The notes under the pieces were generated by a model, which saw only the letters and a list, made by a program, of their open reading frames with translations, made no database searches and was not told where the DNA came from. From Candidatus Poribacteria bacterium (lineage in GTDB: Bacteria > Poribacteria > WGA-4E > WGA-3G): a stretch of 64,000 nucleotides of DNA. Location: contig OZ240248.1 of assembly GCA_965198235.1 (NCBI GenBank), positions 736,001-800,000 of the forward strand, in the 5' to 3' direction. Positions 20,038-29,099 of this stretch are shown piece by piece (position 1 is the first letter of the stretch; every line of letters begins with the position of its first letter). A program made the translations under genes and the position numbers.

Positions 20038-21054
20038 TTAGAATTGGCGTAGGAACCGGAGATCGTTCTCGTAGAGGGTGCGGATGTCCGGGATGCGGAA
20101 CTGGAGATTCGCGAGCCTTTCCACCCCCATACCGAAGGCGAATCCGGTAACTTGATCCGGATCGTAGTTCACGGCTTCAAATACTGCTGGGTCAACAGCA
20201 CCAGCCCCCAAGATTTCAAGCCATCCCGTGCCACCACAACTTCGACATCCTTTTCCTTGACAGACAGCACAGGAAATATCCATTTCTGCACTCGGCTCCG
20301 TAAAAGGAAAGAAATGAGGGCGGAAGCGCATTTGCGTCTGGTCCCCGAACATCTGTCGAGCGAAGGAGGTCAAAATCCCCTTGAGTTCGCTAAAAGTGGC
20401 GTGCGTATCAACAAGTAAACCTTCCACCTGATGGAACATCGGCGTGTGTGAGACATCGTAGTCTACCCGATAGCATTTCCCCGGCACGATAATCCTGACA
20501 GGCGGTTTCTGGTTCTCCATCGTGCGGATCTGCACTGGCGACGTATGGGTGCGTAAAAGATGTCCATCCGTTAGATAAAAAGTATCGTGTAAGTCGCGCG
20601 CGGGGTGATCGGCGGGTGTGTTTAGTGCATCGAAGTTGTAATACTCAGTCTCAATATCCGGTCCAGTCACCACTTCAAACCCCATTTGGCCGAAAATCGC
20701 CTCAATTCGCTCCAAAGTTTGCATCACGGGATGCGCTTTCCCGTAGGTAGGCTTCCGTCCGGGAAGTGTGATGTCAACGGCTTCTGCTTCAAGCTGCTGT
20801 TCCTGTTGCCGGCGATGTAGTGCCTGCGTTGCCGCTTCAAACGCCTTCGTGAGCGTGGCACGCACTTCATTTGCGAGTTTGCCGATTATCGGACGCTCCT
20901 CTTTGGAAAGTTTACTCATACCTTTCATAACATCGGTTAGTTTTCCTCTGCGTCCAAAATATGTGATTCGGAGCGACTCAAGCGCGTCTGGCGTTTTTAC
21001 CGCTTTTAAAGCCTCAAGTGCCTCCGTTTGAATCGCCTGTAATTCTGCTTTCAT
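20038..21054 (-). CDS. pheS: Phenylalanine--tRNA ligase alpha subunit
   Basis: HPARDLHDTFY, LRTHTSPVQ, FHQVEG, FPFTEPS and GFAFGMGVER. Confidence 0.98.
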   Translation of the reverse strand: MKAELQAIQTEALEALKAVKTPDALESLRITYFGRRGKLTDVMKGMSKLSKEERPIIGKLANEVRATLTKAFEAATQALHRRQQEQQLEAEAVDITLPGRKPTYGKAHPVMQTLERIEAIFGQMGFEVVTGPDIETEYYNFDALNTPADHPARDLHDTFYLTDGHLLRTHTSPVQIRTMENQKPPVRIIVPGKCYRVDYDVSHTPMFHQVEGLLVDTHATFSELKGILTSFARQMFGDQTQMRFRPHFFPFTEPSAEMDISCAVCQGKGCRSCGGTGWLEILGAGAVDPAVFEAVNYDPDQVTGFAFGMGVERLANLQFRIPDIRTLYENDLRFLRQF

Positions 21055-21069
21055 AATTCCTCTGCTTTT

Positions 21070-21190
21070 GGTTATCGGCTTTATAGTTATTAGTTATCAG
21101 TTAAGAGATGTGTGGCACGGAAGCGTTCGGGGTTAGAAACCCCTCCCACACCGCCTACTAACAACTGATAACCGACAACTAACAACCATT
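21070..21190. repeat. Family B palindromic repeat between the T-box terminator and pheS
   Basis: GTTATCGG/GTTATTAG/GTTATCAG arms paired with CTGATAAC/CCGACAAC/CTAACAAC. Confidence 0.55.
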
Positions 21191-21432
21191 AAAAAATGCC
21201 TGTCACTTTGTCCCATAAAGGTTAATTTCCTTCTGGGGACGAAAGCGATAGGCATCTACTTCCGCGGTACCACCCCGCTTGACAGATTCGTGAAATCTGT
21301 CCACTTCATTATTTCTTTCTCAACGGCTCCAGGATGAAATTCGGCAGTTGCTCTCAAAACCGCGCTTCCAACTGATGACGCGGTCTCTCTGGTTGAGAGG
21401 TCTCAACTGCTTACTGTGTCCCTTCATAGCTT
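21191..21432 (-). ncRNA. T-box riboswitch, Phe specifier UUC
   Basis: Stem I with GA motif, AGUA, AGAGA and GAA; specifier UUC at 21336-21338; stem III; antiterminator GGGUGGUACCGCG at 21263-21275; terminator hairpin with a U6 tract; lies upstream of pheS. Confidence 0.92.
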
Positions 21433-21433
21433 T

Positions 21434-21685
21434 TTAATTATTAGCGTTCTGATTTAATTGACCCCACGATACCACAAGGTTGTCCCTCGGACTGACGGAC
21501 AACCCCTGTTCTGAGTGCTTGCCTATATTATGAAATAGATAGAGGACAGAACGCATGTAGGCAGGGGAATGCCGTCCAACGCGCTGCTTCAAGTTTTGTG
21601 CAGTCGTTTCCGCCACATCCAACACCAGCAGGACGAAAAACAGAAACATCGGAAGTGTGAAAGTCCGAAAACTGCGCAGTCTCAT
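21434..21685 (-). CDS. Small secreted protein (83 aa) with C-terminal 'VSPRDNLVVSWGQLN' motif
   Basis: Signal peptide plus the same tail motif as the LamG protein. Confidence 0.6.
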   Translation of the reverse strand: MRLRSFRTFTLPMFLFFVLLVLDVAETTAQNLKQRVGRHSPAYMRSVLYLFHNIGKHSEQGLSVSPRDNLVVSWGQLNQNANN

Positions 21686-21714
21686 GGTAAAACCCTAAGA
21701 AAGTCACAAAGCAG

Positions 21715-21780
21715 AAAGGTCGCTCCTACAGCAGGGAAAGCGACCTAAACCTATCACGATCGGGAGATCGCGCCTATAAG
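21715..21780. repeat. REP-like GTAG-family repeat pair (family C)
   Basis: Consensus CGCGACCGGGAGGTCGCTCCTACA, with copies near 21718, 21757, 22500, 22535, 23360, 30521, 32026, 32927 and 32968. Confidence 0.7.
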
Positions 21781-21801
21781 AAGAGGGAGACGAGCCTAAA
21801 C

Positions 21802-22149
21802 CTAACCTTTTGCGAGGGTGACGAGCTGCCCAAAACCGGCTTCGTCCTTCACGGCGATGTCGGCGAGGACTTTCCGATCAAGTTCAATACCAGCGGCTTT
21901 GAGCCCATGTATGAATCGACTATAGGTGAGTCCGTGCAATCTGGCGGCGGCGTTAATTCTTGCGATCCACAGTCGTCGAAAATCGCGTTTTCGTGCGCGC
22001 CGGTGTGCGTAGGCGTGGTTCCATCCCTTCTCTACCGCTTCTGTAGCAGTGCGTTTGAGATTATTCCGACCACCGCGGTAACCTTTAGAATGCTTAAGCA
22101 TCCGACTACGGCGTTTACGTCGCACACTCCCTGTTTTTACTCGTGCCAT
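21802..22149 (-). CDS. rplT: 50S ribosomal protein L20
   Basis: MARVK...KGYRG...[14 protein letters not shown]. Confidence 0.98.
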   Translation of the reverse strand: MARVKTGSVRRKRRSRMLKHSKGYRGGRNNLKRTATEAVEKGWNHAYAHRRARKRDFRRLWIARINAAARLHGLTYSRFIHGLKAAGIELDRKVLADIAVKDEAGFGQLVTLAKG

Positions 22150-22245
22150 TTAAGAAAAACTCCTATTACGATCATTGGTATTACCGATGACCGCGTCCAC
22201 TATTTCGCCCGGGTGTGTATATCGCAGGTGTCCGGGCATTCAATT

Positions 22246-22440
22246 CTATCGATGAATAAGGCGTTTCAAGCGTTTCTCATTGCTCGGATCGACAAGGGTT
22301 GACTGTCGTAATCTCCGTTTTTGTTTTGCTGACTTCGAAATGAACAAGTGTCCTGCGTACGCGCGATTGCGACGGATTTTGCCTTTCGATGTGAACTTGA
22401 AACGTTTTGCCGCACCTTTATGTGTTTTAATTTTCGGCAT
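22246..22440 (-). CDS. rpmI: 50S ribosomal protein L35
   Basis: MPKIKTHKGAAKRFK. Confidence 0.98.
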   Translation of the reverse strand: MPKIKTHKGAAKRFKFTSKGKIRRNRAYAGHLFISKSAKQKRRLRQSTLVDPSNEKRLKRLIHR

Positions 22441-22594
22441 TAGAATATCCTTGAAAAGTATCGCGACCCGACGAATGCCACACGCGCGATCGGCGTTGAC
22501 TTGAGGTCGCGCCTACAAAAAGAGAAAATATTGTGATCGGGAGACCGCTCCACAAAAAATTACAAGCGGAAACACGCGTGCGACGACAAAAACA

Positions 22595-23140
22595 TCACAC
22601 AGATTTTGGTGAGAGGATCATTGACATGATGCGGGTTTCCATCCGTGGTGGTTGTTCCACATCGGCAAGCTCTTCCAAATCATCTTTGAGTCGTGAAAGT
22701 AAACTTCTACCAAGTTCGGTATGAAGCATTTCGCGTCCTCGGAACCGTACGGTTGCGCGGACCTTCCACCCATTTTTCAGGAAGTCCTCAACATGTCGTT
22801 TCTTGAACTGGTAGTCGTGTTCCGCGGTATCTGGACGGAACTGCATCCCTTTTAGAACAACTTTCGACTGCTTTTTCCGAGCCTCGCGTGCGCGTTTGTT
22901 TTTCTCATACTGATACTTCCCGTAGTCCATGATTTTACAAACGGGAGGAGAGGCATTCGGTGAAACCTCCACCAAATCCAATCCAACTTCTTCAGCAAGT
23001 TTCATTGCATCGCGGGGCGTCATGACTCCCATCTGCTTGTTCTCTTGATCTATCAGAAAGATCTCTTTGGCTCGAATCTGATAATTGGAACGACTTTGTC
23101 TTTCCTTCGTCCTCTGAGTACGTCTGCCTTTGTAGTGTAT
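22595..23140 (-). CDS. infC: Translation initiation factor IF-3 with non-canonical ATA start
   Basis: The frame extends 36 codons upstream of ATG 23032 (NYQIRAKEIFLID) to an ATA preceded by SD GGGGGTG; LDLVEVSP and CKIMDYGK motifs. Confidence 0.95.
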   Translation of the reverse strand: MHYKGRRTQRTKERQSRSNYQIRAKEIFLIDQENKQMGVMTPRDAMKLAEEVGLDLVEVSPNASPPVCKIMDYGKYQYEKNKRAREARKKQSKVVLKGMQFRPDTAEHDYQFKKRHVEDFLKNGWKVRATVRFRGREMLHTELGRSLLSRLKDDLEELADVEQPPRMETRIMSMILSPKSV

Positions 23141-23458
23141 TTTTCACACCCCCAAGTCAAGGCGCTGCAGTGCGCCGCTTGTAAGCCGGTATAAACTCAC
23201 GATAGGCACCGCTTACAAGCTTATATGAAAACGAAAGCGAACAACTGATTCGTTGTGCTCCGGTATACAAGATAACTCTTTCTACAAAACGTTCTGTATC
23301 CATTTGTAGGTACACTTAGTTTTGATTTTCTGTCGATTCCGTAGGATAGGTCAGGATTTGGAGATCCCTCCTACAGGAGAACTAAATACCCTACCGACTC
23401 GGACTTGCAAAGCACGCCACATGCATGATTAACAATGTTTGTCCGAATGACTTAACTA

Positions 23459-23487
23459 ATTATACCATATCGGCAACAAAAATGCAA
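23459..23487 (-). promoter_or_regulatory. Sigma70 promoter of infC-rpmI-rplT
   Basis: TTGCAT-17 nt-TATAAT with extended TG. Confidence 0.65.
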
Positions 23488-23488
23488 G

Positions 23489-23845
23489 TTAAAAAAAGCC
23501 GATTGTCCATAAAGTCCGCAAAACAATCAACCCGCCTGCCAACCCCCCGAAAACGACGATAAAACTGATGCTGATTGCGAGGGCGAGACGGATGATCCGT
23601 TCACCAAGTTCTGGTTGTTCGCTTATCCATGCCCGCGCTAACCAGAAGGTTAAGACAACACTGACCAAACTCAGGATGCACGCGCCTAAAACCGATACCA
23701 ATATCCCGGAGAAGTCTACTATCTGCATCGTTTCTGGAATCGATCCGTATCGGGAGAAGTGTTGGATGACACCGATCAAAACGCCTCCCAAAACGACAAT
23801 AAATCCAATGAAAACGATGAAGACTTTTTTAAAGGCAGTTCCCAT
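23489..23845 (-). CDS. Hypothetical membrane protein (3 TM)
   Basis: Three hydrophobic segments. Confidence 0.65.
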   Translation of the reverse strand: MGTAFKKVFIVFIGFIVVLGGVLIGVIQHFSRYGSIPETMQIVDFSGILVSVLGACILSLVSVVLTFWLARAWISEQPELGERIIRLALAISISFIVVFGGLAGGLIVLRTLWTIGFF

Positions 23846-24095
23846 GTTCAGTCCAATCTATGCCGCACATCCTTGACGAGGGTCTTTAATTATATCATAT
23901 TTCAGATTAAATAGCAACCGCCTCGTAGAGGTAGCCAGAGCCATTCAGTTTTCCATTTTGTAGCACAAACTTTATGAAGTTTCAATAAATACTTCGGTAA
24001 TTCTATGAAGACAGTTTTCAGTCGATGTTCACGCTGCCATCCTGATTGACATCCCAAGCTGGCGACTGCGGCATGATAGTGATACAATCTGTGGA

Positions 24096-25042
24096 CTACG
24101 GTTTGAGCGTTTCTTTGACATCGTTATCCAATTCCTCTACCCAGCGCATAATCGTTTCACGGCTGTCGCTATCGTTTCGCTGGCGAAACTGGTTGGCGAG
24201 TTGCGTGCCCGTGTCAATCAGAAGGGTTTGCAATTCTGGCGTGTAGGGTTTCGCTTGCAACGCCTGTCGGTATTTTTCCATTGCATTTTTGGGCTGTTTG
24301 CGATTCATTAGACAGCGCGGATATTAGGGCTATGTCCCCACAGCCCGATGGCATGTCCAAATTCATGTAGGCACACCGTCCGCATCTCTTCCTGTGAGAG
24401 TTCGCCGATGGTGTCATCACTTTCTAACACGAGAATAACCTCTACTGCGAATTGGCTATCGGCATATTGGTTATCGGTTGTCGGTTGTCGGTTTTCAGAA
24501 GAATGGTTGTCGGCTATCGGAAACCGTTGGAAACCTTCAGAAAAGAGATTCTCTTCCTGACCGTTGACTGATGGAGCCGAGGTAGTCTCGCCTCTACGGC
24601 TTCTTTTCTGATCGCTGACGGAAACCGATGGCTGATGGCTAATATACTGACGGCTATCATTAAGCCGCGTTAATTCGGCACTGCCGAGTTGCGTGTCTAA
24701 AAGTGTCAGGCGACCACTGGAGGTTGACGTGACACGGATGTCTGTCTCCTCCAGCATTTCGGTTTCTTCAAAACGGATTTCCCCGCCGGATACAGTCTCC
24801 CAACTACGCATGGCGTAGCGGATCTCGGCGAGATAGGGCAGTGCTTTGAGAGTAGGCGAGATGTGGACCCGAATTGGCATCTGCGTAAAGCGTGTGACCC
24901 TACCATCGGAAAATAGCGTGACCTGGTCGAAATAATCGTCTGATGCGGCTGTCGTCGTTTCAGTATCGGCAGGGCTTTGTGCTATGAAACCAATCGCTAT
25001 GCACGTAACGATGAAAAAGGTATAGAGTGTCCTCATTTGCAT
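24096..25042 (-). pseudogene. Matrixin/M10-like zinc metalloprotease, truncated after HEFGHAIGLWGH and joined to a TPR-like tail
   Basis: Signal peptide and HExGHxxGLxxH. The ORF stops a few codons later with no Met-turn, and a TPR-like fragment (24096-24308) follows. Confidence 0.65.
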
Positions 25043-25304
25043 AACACAGCATCCTCGTCTGGGTGCGACTGAAAAATGTCGCTATCCGAAACCTTACAGG
25101 AAGAAGCACGCTTAAATCGTTAATGATAATAGCATACTTGAAAGAAATGGTCAAACATATTGCGCAAGATGTCGCGGCACCTTTACGAAAAATTCAGAGG
25201 CATTCCGTTTACAGCAATCAGCGGTCAGCAATTAGCAATCGGTTTCCCTCAAAGGGCGAGGTTGGGAAACCTCGCTAGCGGGGTAAAGCGATTTGGCAGG
25301 GTCC

Positions 25305-25501
25305 GGTGCGGTTTCATGAAGTTTCACTAAATATTTCGGTAATGCTATAATGGGAGTTTCAGTCAACAAGGATACACAATCCTGCAAAGATCGAAGAAGC
25401 CTGTAAATCCTGCTTCTGACAGGGGTCCCCATAGCGAAAAGCGTATGGGGCAGACATCACACATTACCGATTTAAATTCTGAATCTTCATCAAACCGCAC
25501 C
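25305..25501. repeat. MITE-like element bounded by inverted repeats (family D)
   Basis: GGTGCGGTTTCATGAAG...TCGGTAAT has an imperfect inverse copy at 25463-25501; a direct copy of the arm lies at ~23973. Confidence 0.5.
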
Positions 25502-25657
25502 TACCGAGAATGGTCGCTGGAATCGCTATAGTCAAATATTGATTCGACAGGAGAACTGAATGCTTCTGGCGAAAAATCTGAAAACGCTTGATTTATTTGA
25601 CAAAAGATGGTAAATTACTTTCACATTAGACTAATTTGGACGCTAAGGAGTTTTCTT

Positions 25658-26248
25658 ATGGACGTAACATACACATCAGCAATTTCCGAAGTTATCGGAA
25701 AGTTAGAAGCAGGTAACCCACTCCCGATACTCGTACCACAGAAAGCGTGGAGCAGTGAACTGACGGATACTTTGGAAGCGGCATCCCTCGATGAACTCTT
25801 TGACGGAGCATCGCTGAAAAATACGACGTTTGCTGAAGCCATCAAAAGCGGTTTACTTCTGTGGAACGACGCGCTGGATGAATCGCATACGATCTCGCAG
25901 GGGTTGGCAGATCAGACGGGGAGCTACTGGCACGGCATCATGCATCGCCGTGAACCGGATTATCCCAACTCCAAGTATTGGTTCGGTAGAGTCGGGACAC
26001 ACCCGATTTTCCCAGCACTGCGTGAACACGCACTCCAACTTTTCAAAGAAACAGCGAACCCATCGGACACGTTCACGGAAATTGGAGAGGCTATTGCGGC
26101 ACAAGAAAATTGGGATTCTTACCAATTTGTTGATTGGTGCCAAACTGCTGAAGGCGACTCCGACTCGGATGTAACCCGTTTCTTGCAACAGGTGCAGGCG
26201 GAAGAGATCAAACTGCTACTGGCGTACTCCTACCGTAACGCCGTTTAG
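25658..26248 (+). CDS. Conserved hypothetical protein
   Basis: SD AAGGAG before ATG 25658; LDESHTISQ...YWHGIMHRREPDYPNSKYWF looks like a conserved motif. Confidence 0.75.
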   Translation: MDVTYTSAISEVIGKLEAGNPLPILVPQKAWSSELTDTLEAASLDELFDGASLKNTTFAEAIKSGLLLWNDALDESHTISQGLADQTGSYWHGIMHRREPDYPNSKYWFGRVGTHPIFPALREHALQLFKETANPSDTFTEIGEAIAAQENWDSYQFVDWCQTAEGDSDSDVTRFLQQVQAEEIKLLLAYSYRNAV

Positions 26249-26279
26249 CAGATGTCAATTTATCTGAAGGAGACGAGCG

Positions 26280-27290
26280 ATGTTTCCGCAGAGCGAGCGT
26301 ATCAAAATAAATGGAGACCGGCATCACCTTATCATCGTGCTGACCGGATTGCTATTGATGGCTTCCTGTGTGAATTCGACGCTTATCACAACAGTTTCGG
26401 ATTCGGTTTCAGCCAACCACGCGTATAGCGAAATTAAAACCGCTCTCGATGAACTTTCAAACGGTGGTGAACCGGCTGATTATGATGCGCTGATTGTGAA
26501 ATTAAGGGCTTTCATCAAGACCTACCCAAAATACAGACAGGTAGATGAAGCCTACTATTTTCTCGGTACCATCTTAATTGAACTACAGCGCACTGAAGAG
26601 GGTATTGAGGTACTTGAAGAACTCATTAGGGACTATCCTTTTGCTACATACGTCGAACCGAGTCTACTAACATTAGGATTAGCCTACGACAAAATCAGTG
26701 AGCATAGCAAAGCGGATGCCCTCTACGAAAAACTGGCGAATCATCCAAAGTACCGTAACGGCAGATACGCCGTAACCGCGCGGCAACTTCTTGAACAGGA
26801 TAAAACGCAGCGAAAAGGCGAAATATCAAGTTCGCTTGGAATGAGTCCAAGAGCGAGGCGGAACCAATTTGTAAATAAACCCGCGCCAGATTTCCGGGTG
26901 ATGGATATAAGAGGTGAGGAGCTGACACTGGAACAGTATCGCGGGCAGGTTGTGCTCCTCGATTTCTGGGCAACGTGGTGTGGTCCCTGTATCGCCGAGA
27001 TGCCGAACGTTAAGCTGGCTTATGCGAAACACAGAGATCGAAAGTTCCAAATCATCGGTATTAGCTTAGATAGATCCATGGCACCGCTTGACGCATACAT
27101 TCACGGGGAAGGAATCGAGTGGCGGCAGTATTTGGACAGCACCGGTCAGATTAGTAGTTTGTACGGTGTGCGTGCAATCCCGTCCACGTTCTTGATTGAC
27201 GGCGCGGGTATTGTCCGCAGAGTAAATCTCCGTGGTCTCGCGCTTGAGACCGCAGTTGCGGAACTCGTGCGGGAGAATTTAGCGAATTAA
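26280..27290 (+). CDS. Lipoprotein with TPR repeats and a TlpA/redoxin domain
   Basis: Lipobox LLMASC, TPR helices and DFWATWCGPC. Confidence 0.9.
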   Translation: MFPQSERIKINGDRHHLIIVLTGLLLMASCVNSTLITTVSDSVSANHAYSEIKTALDELSNGGEPADYDALIVKLRAFIKTYPKYRQVDEAYYFLGTILIELQRTEEGIEVLEELIRDYPFATYVEPSLLTLGLAYDKISEHSKADALYEKLANHPKYRNGRYAVTARQLLEQDKTQRKGEISSSLGMSPRARRNQFVNKPAPDFRVMDIRGEELTLEQYRGQVVLLDFWATWCGPCIAEMPNVKLAYAKHRDRKFQIIGISLDRSMAPLDAYIHGEGIEWRQYLDSTGQISSLYGVRAIPSTFLIDGAGIVRRVNLRGLALETAVAELVRENLAN

Positions 27291-27838
27291 GCACCTTAAC
27301 TTCGTTAAGTGAGGTGTTTTTGTTGGGTGTCTCCTGCAGGTTGAGCAATAAATGCCCCATAGGTGTCAATTGAGCCCGTAGGTGTTTTTGCTTGGGGTGT
27401 TTTTGCTTGGGGTTTTTGATAGGGTGTTTCCCTGCGTATTGATAGGGCGTTTCTTTTTCCCCCAGGTTGAGCGGAACCGAGAAAGGCGATGCCGACAGCC
27501 CAAACACATTCAACACCCTATACAATCATATAAATCAGGGATATAGCGAAACCCAACGTCATACCGCCACGTTTGCGAGCACCTCACAGGAAGAGCGTTG
27601 GGTTTCACTGGGTCTTTGGATGTATATCCCGGTATACTGCATTTTAGGAGTGTTTGGGGTGCCAACAAGGTCTTTCTCAACACCGTTCAACCTCGACAAA
27701 TGCCACACGCGCATTTGGCTTGATTCGCTACGCCCCTAAATTGACGCTTATGTGGTGCGGTTACAAACCACATCCACCGAGGAAATGTGTAAGTCCTTAT
27801 AAAATGTTGCACACAGATTCAAACAGAGGAGGTCAACG

Positions 27839-29029
27839 ATGTTCTCCCGAAACGACATAACTCCACAACAAAGCAGAAATAGAACCCCCTGTGCTTATGT
27901 CATGTGCGTGCTCACCAGCCTCGTGCTCATAGGCTTTTGCGCTAATCTCGTCAGTGCCGCCCCGCTGAAAGCGGTTTACAAATATCAGGAAATCAAAGCA
28001 ATTTCTAAAAGTCTCAAAAAGCAGAAGAAACAGGAAGATTTAGAGAAATTAGTTGAGAAATCCGAGGAATTCGTTGAAGCACATCCAGAATACAAACGGG
28101 TGGATGAGGTTTATCATCTTCTCGGCAGTGCTTTGGTTCAATTAGAGCGCATTGAAGAAGGCATTATGGCTTTTGAGGAAGTCATCAAGGAATATCCAGA
28201 GGCTCGCTACGTTGAACGTTGTCTGTTAGGCTTGGGATTGGCGTACGATAAACTCGGCAACCACGACGCAGCAGACAGTGCTTACCAAAAATTGATAGAC
28301 CATCCGAAATACGGTTCGCGATCGCAGGCAAAACTTGCGAAGAAGATTCTTGAACAGGACAGAGCTGAACGGAAGGGTGAATTACCGAGACCTCCTGGGG
28401 CGAGTTCCGGAATGAACCCTCGCGAGTGGATCGGTAAGCCAGCACTCGATTTTCAGGTGACGGATTTGAAGGGTGAAGAACTCTCGTTGAAGCAGTACCG
28501 CGGACAGGTCGTGCTCCTCGATTTCTGGGCAACATGGTGTCCTCCCTGCATCGCAGAGATACCGAACGTTAAGAAGACTTACGAAAAGTATAAAGATCAG
28601 AAGTTTCAGATTATCGGTATCAGTCTGGACAGGTCAGAAAAACCTCTTGAGGCTTATATTGAAAAAGAGCAACTGGAATGGCTCCATTATTGGGACAAAA
28701 GCCGCAAGGTTAGCACTATGTATAAGGTGCAGGGGATTCCGTCGACCTTCCTAATTGACGGTGAAGGGGTTATCCGCAAAACGAACCTCGGCGGTTTTGA
28801 TGTTGAAGCTGCCGTCGCTGAATTGGTGTCGGAAAATCTTGCGAAACCCGTTAATCCCGCTACACCTGTAGAAACACCTCCCGATTCTGCAAGGGATGAT
28901 CAAAGTACAAACCTCAAGGTCAAAGAGATCATTGAGGCGGCTGTCGCGGCGCACGGTGGACTTGAGAAACTTGAAACCGTGAAAAGCGTTGGGACTGTTC
29001 CGTCCAGGAGAATAAAACGAGGGGCATAA
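27839..29029 (+). CDS. TPR plus TlpA/redoxin protein (paralogue); C-terminal domain apparently truncated
   Basis: DFWATWCPPC; the tail IIEAAVAAHGGLEKLETVKS looks like the start of another domain and then breaks off. Confidence 0.85.
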   Translation: MFSRNDITPQQSRNRTPCAYVMCVLTSLVLIGFCANLVSAAPLKAVYKYQEIKAISKSLKKQKKQEDLEKLVEKSEEFVEAHPEYKRVDEVYHLLGSALVQLERIEEGIMAFEEVIKEYPEARYVERCLLGLGLAYDKLGNHDAADSAYQKLIDHPKYGSRSQAKLAKKILEQDRAERKGELPRPPGASSGMNPREWIGKPALDFQVTDLKGEELSLKQYRGQVVLLDFWATWCPPCIAEIPNVKKTYEKYKDQKFQIIGISLDRSEKPLEAYIEKEQLEWLHYWDKSRKVSTMYKVQGIPSTFLIDGEGVIRKTNLGGFDVEAAVAELVSENLAKPVNPATPVETPPDSARDDQSTNLKVKEIIEAAVAAHGGLEKLETVKSVGTVPSRRIKRGA

Positions 29030-29099
29030 TGCTCCCTTCATACTTTGCTGGCGGGGTCTGAACTCCGCCTATTTGCAGTGTCTCGTTAACACAAAAATT

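Noticed and set aside
27380-27430. CRISPR array from the repeated TTTTTGCTTGGG units
   Set aside because: The units are short and adjacent, with no spacers and no cas genes; they belong to a dispersed repeat family.
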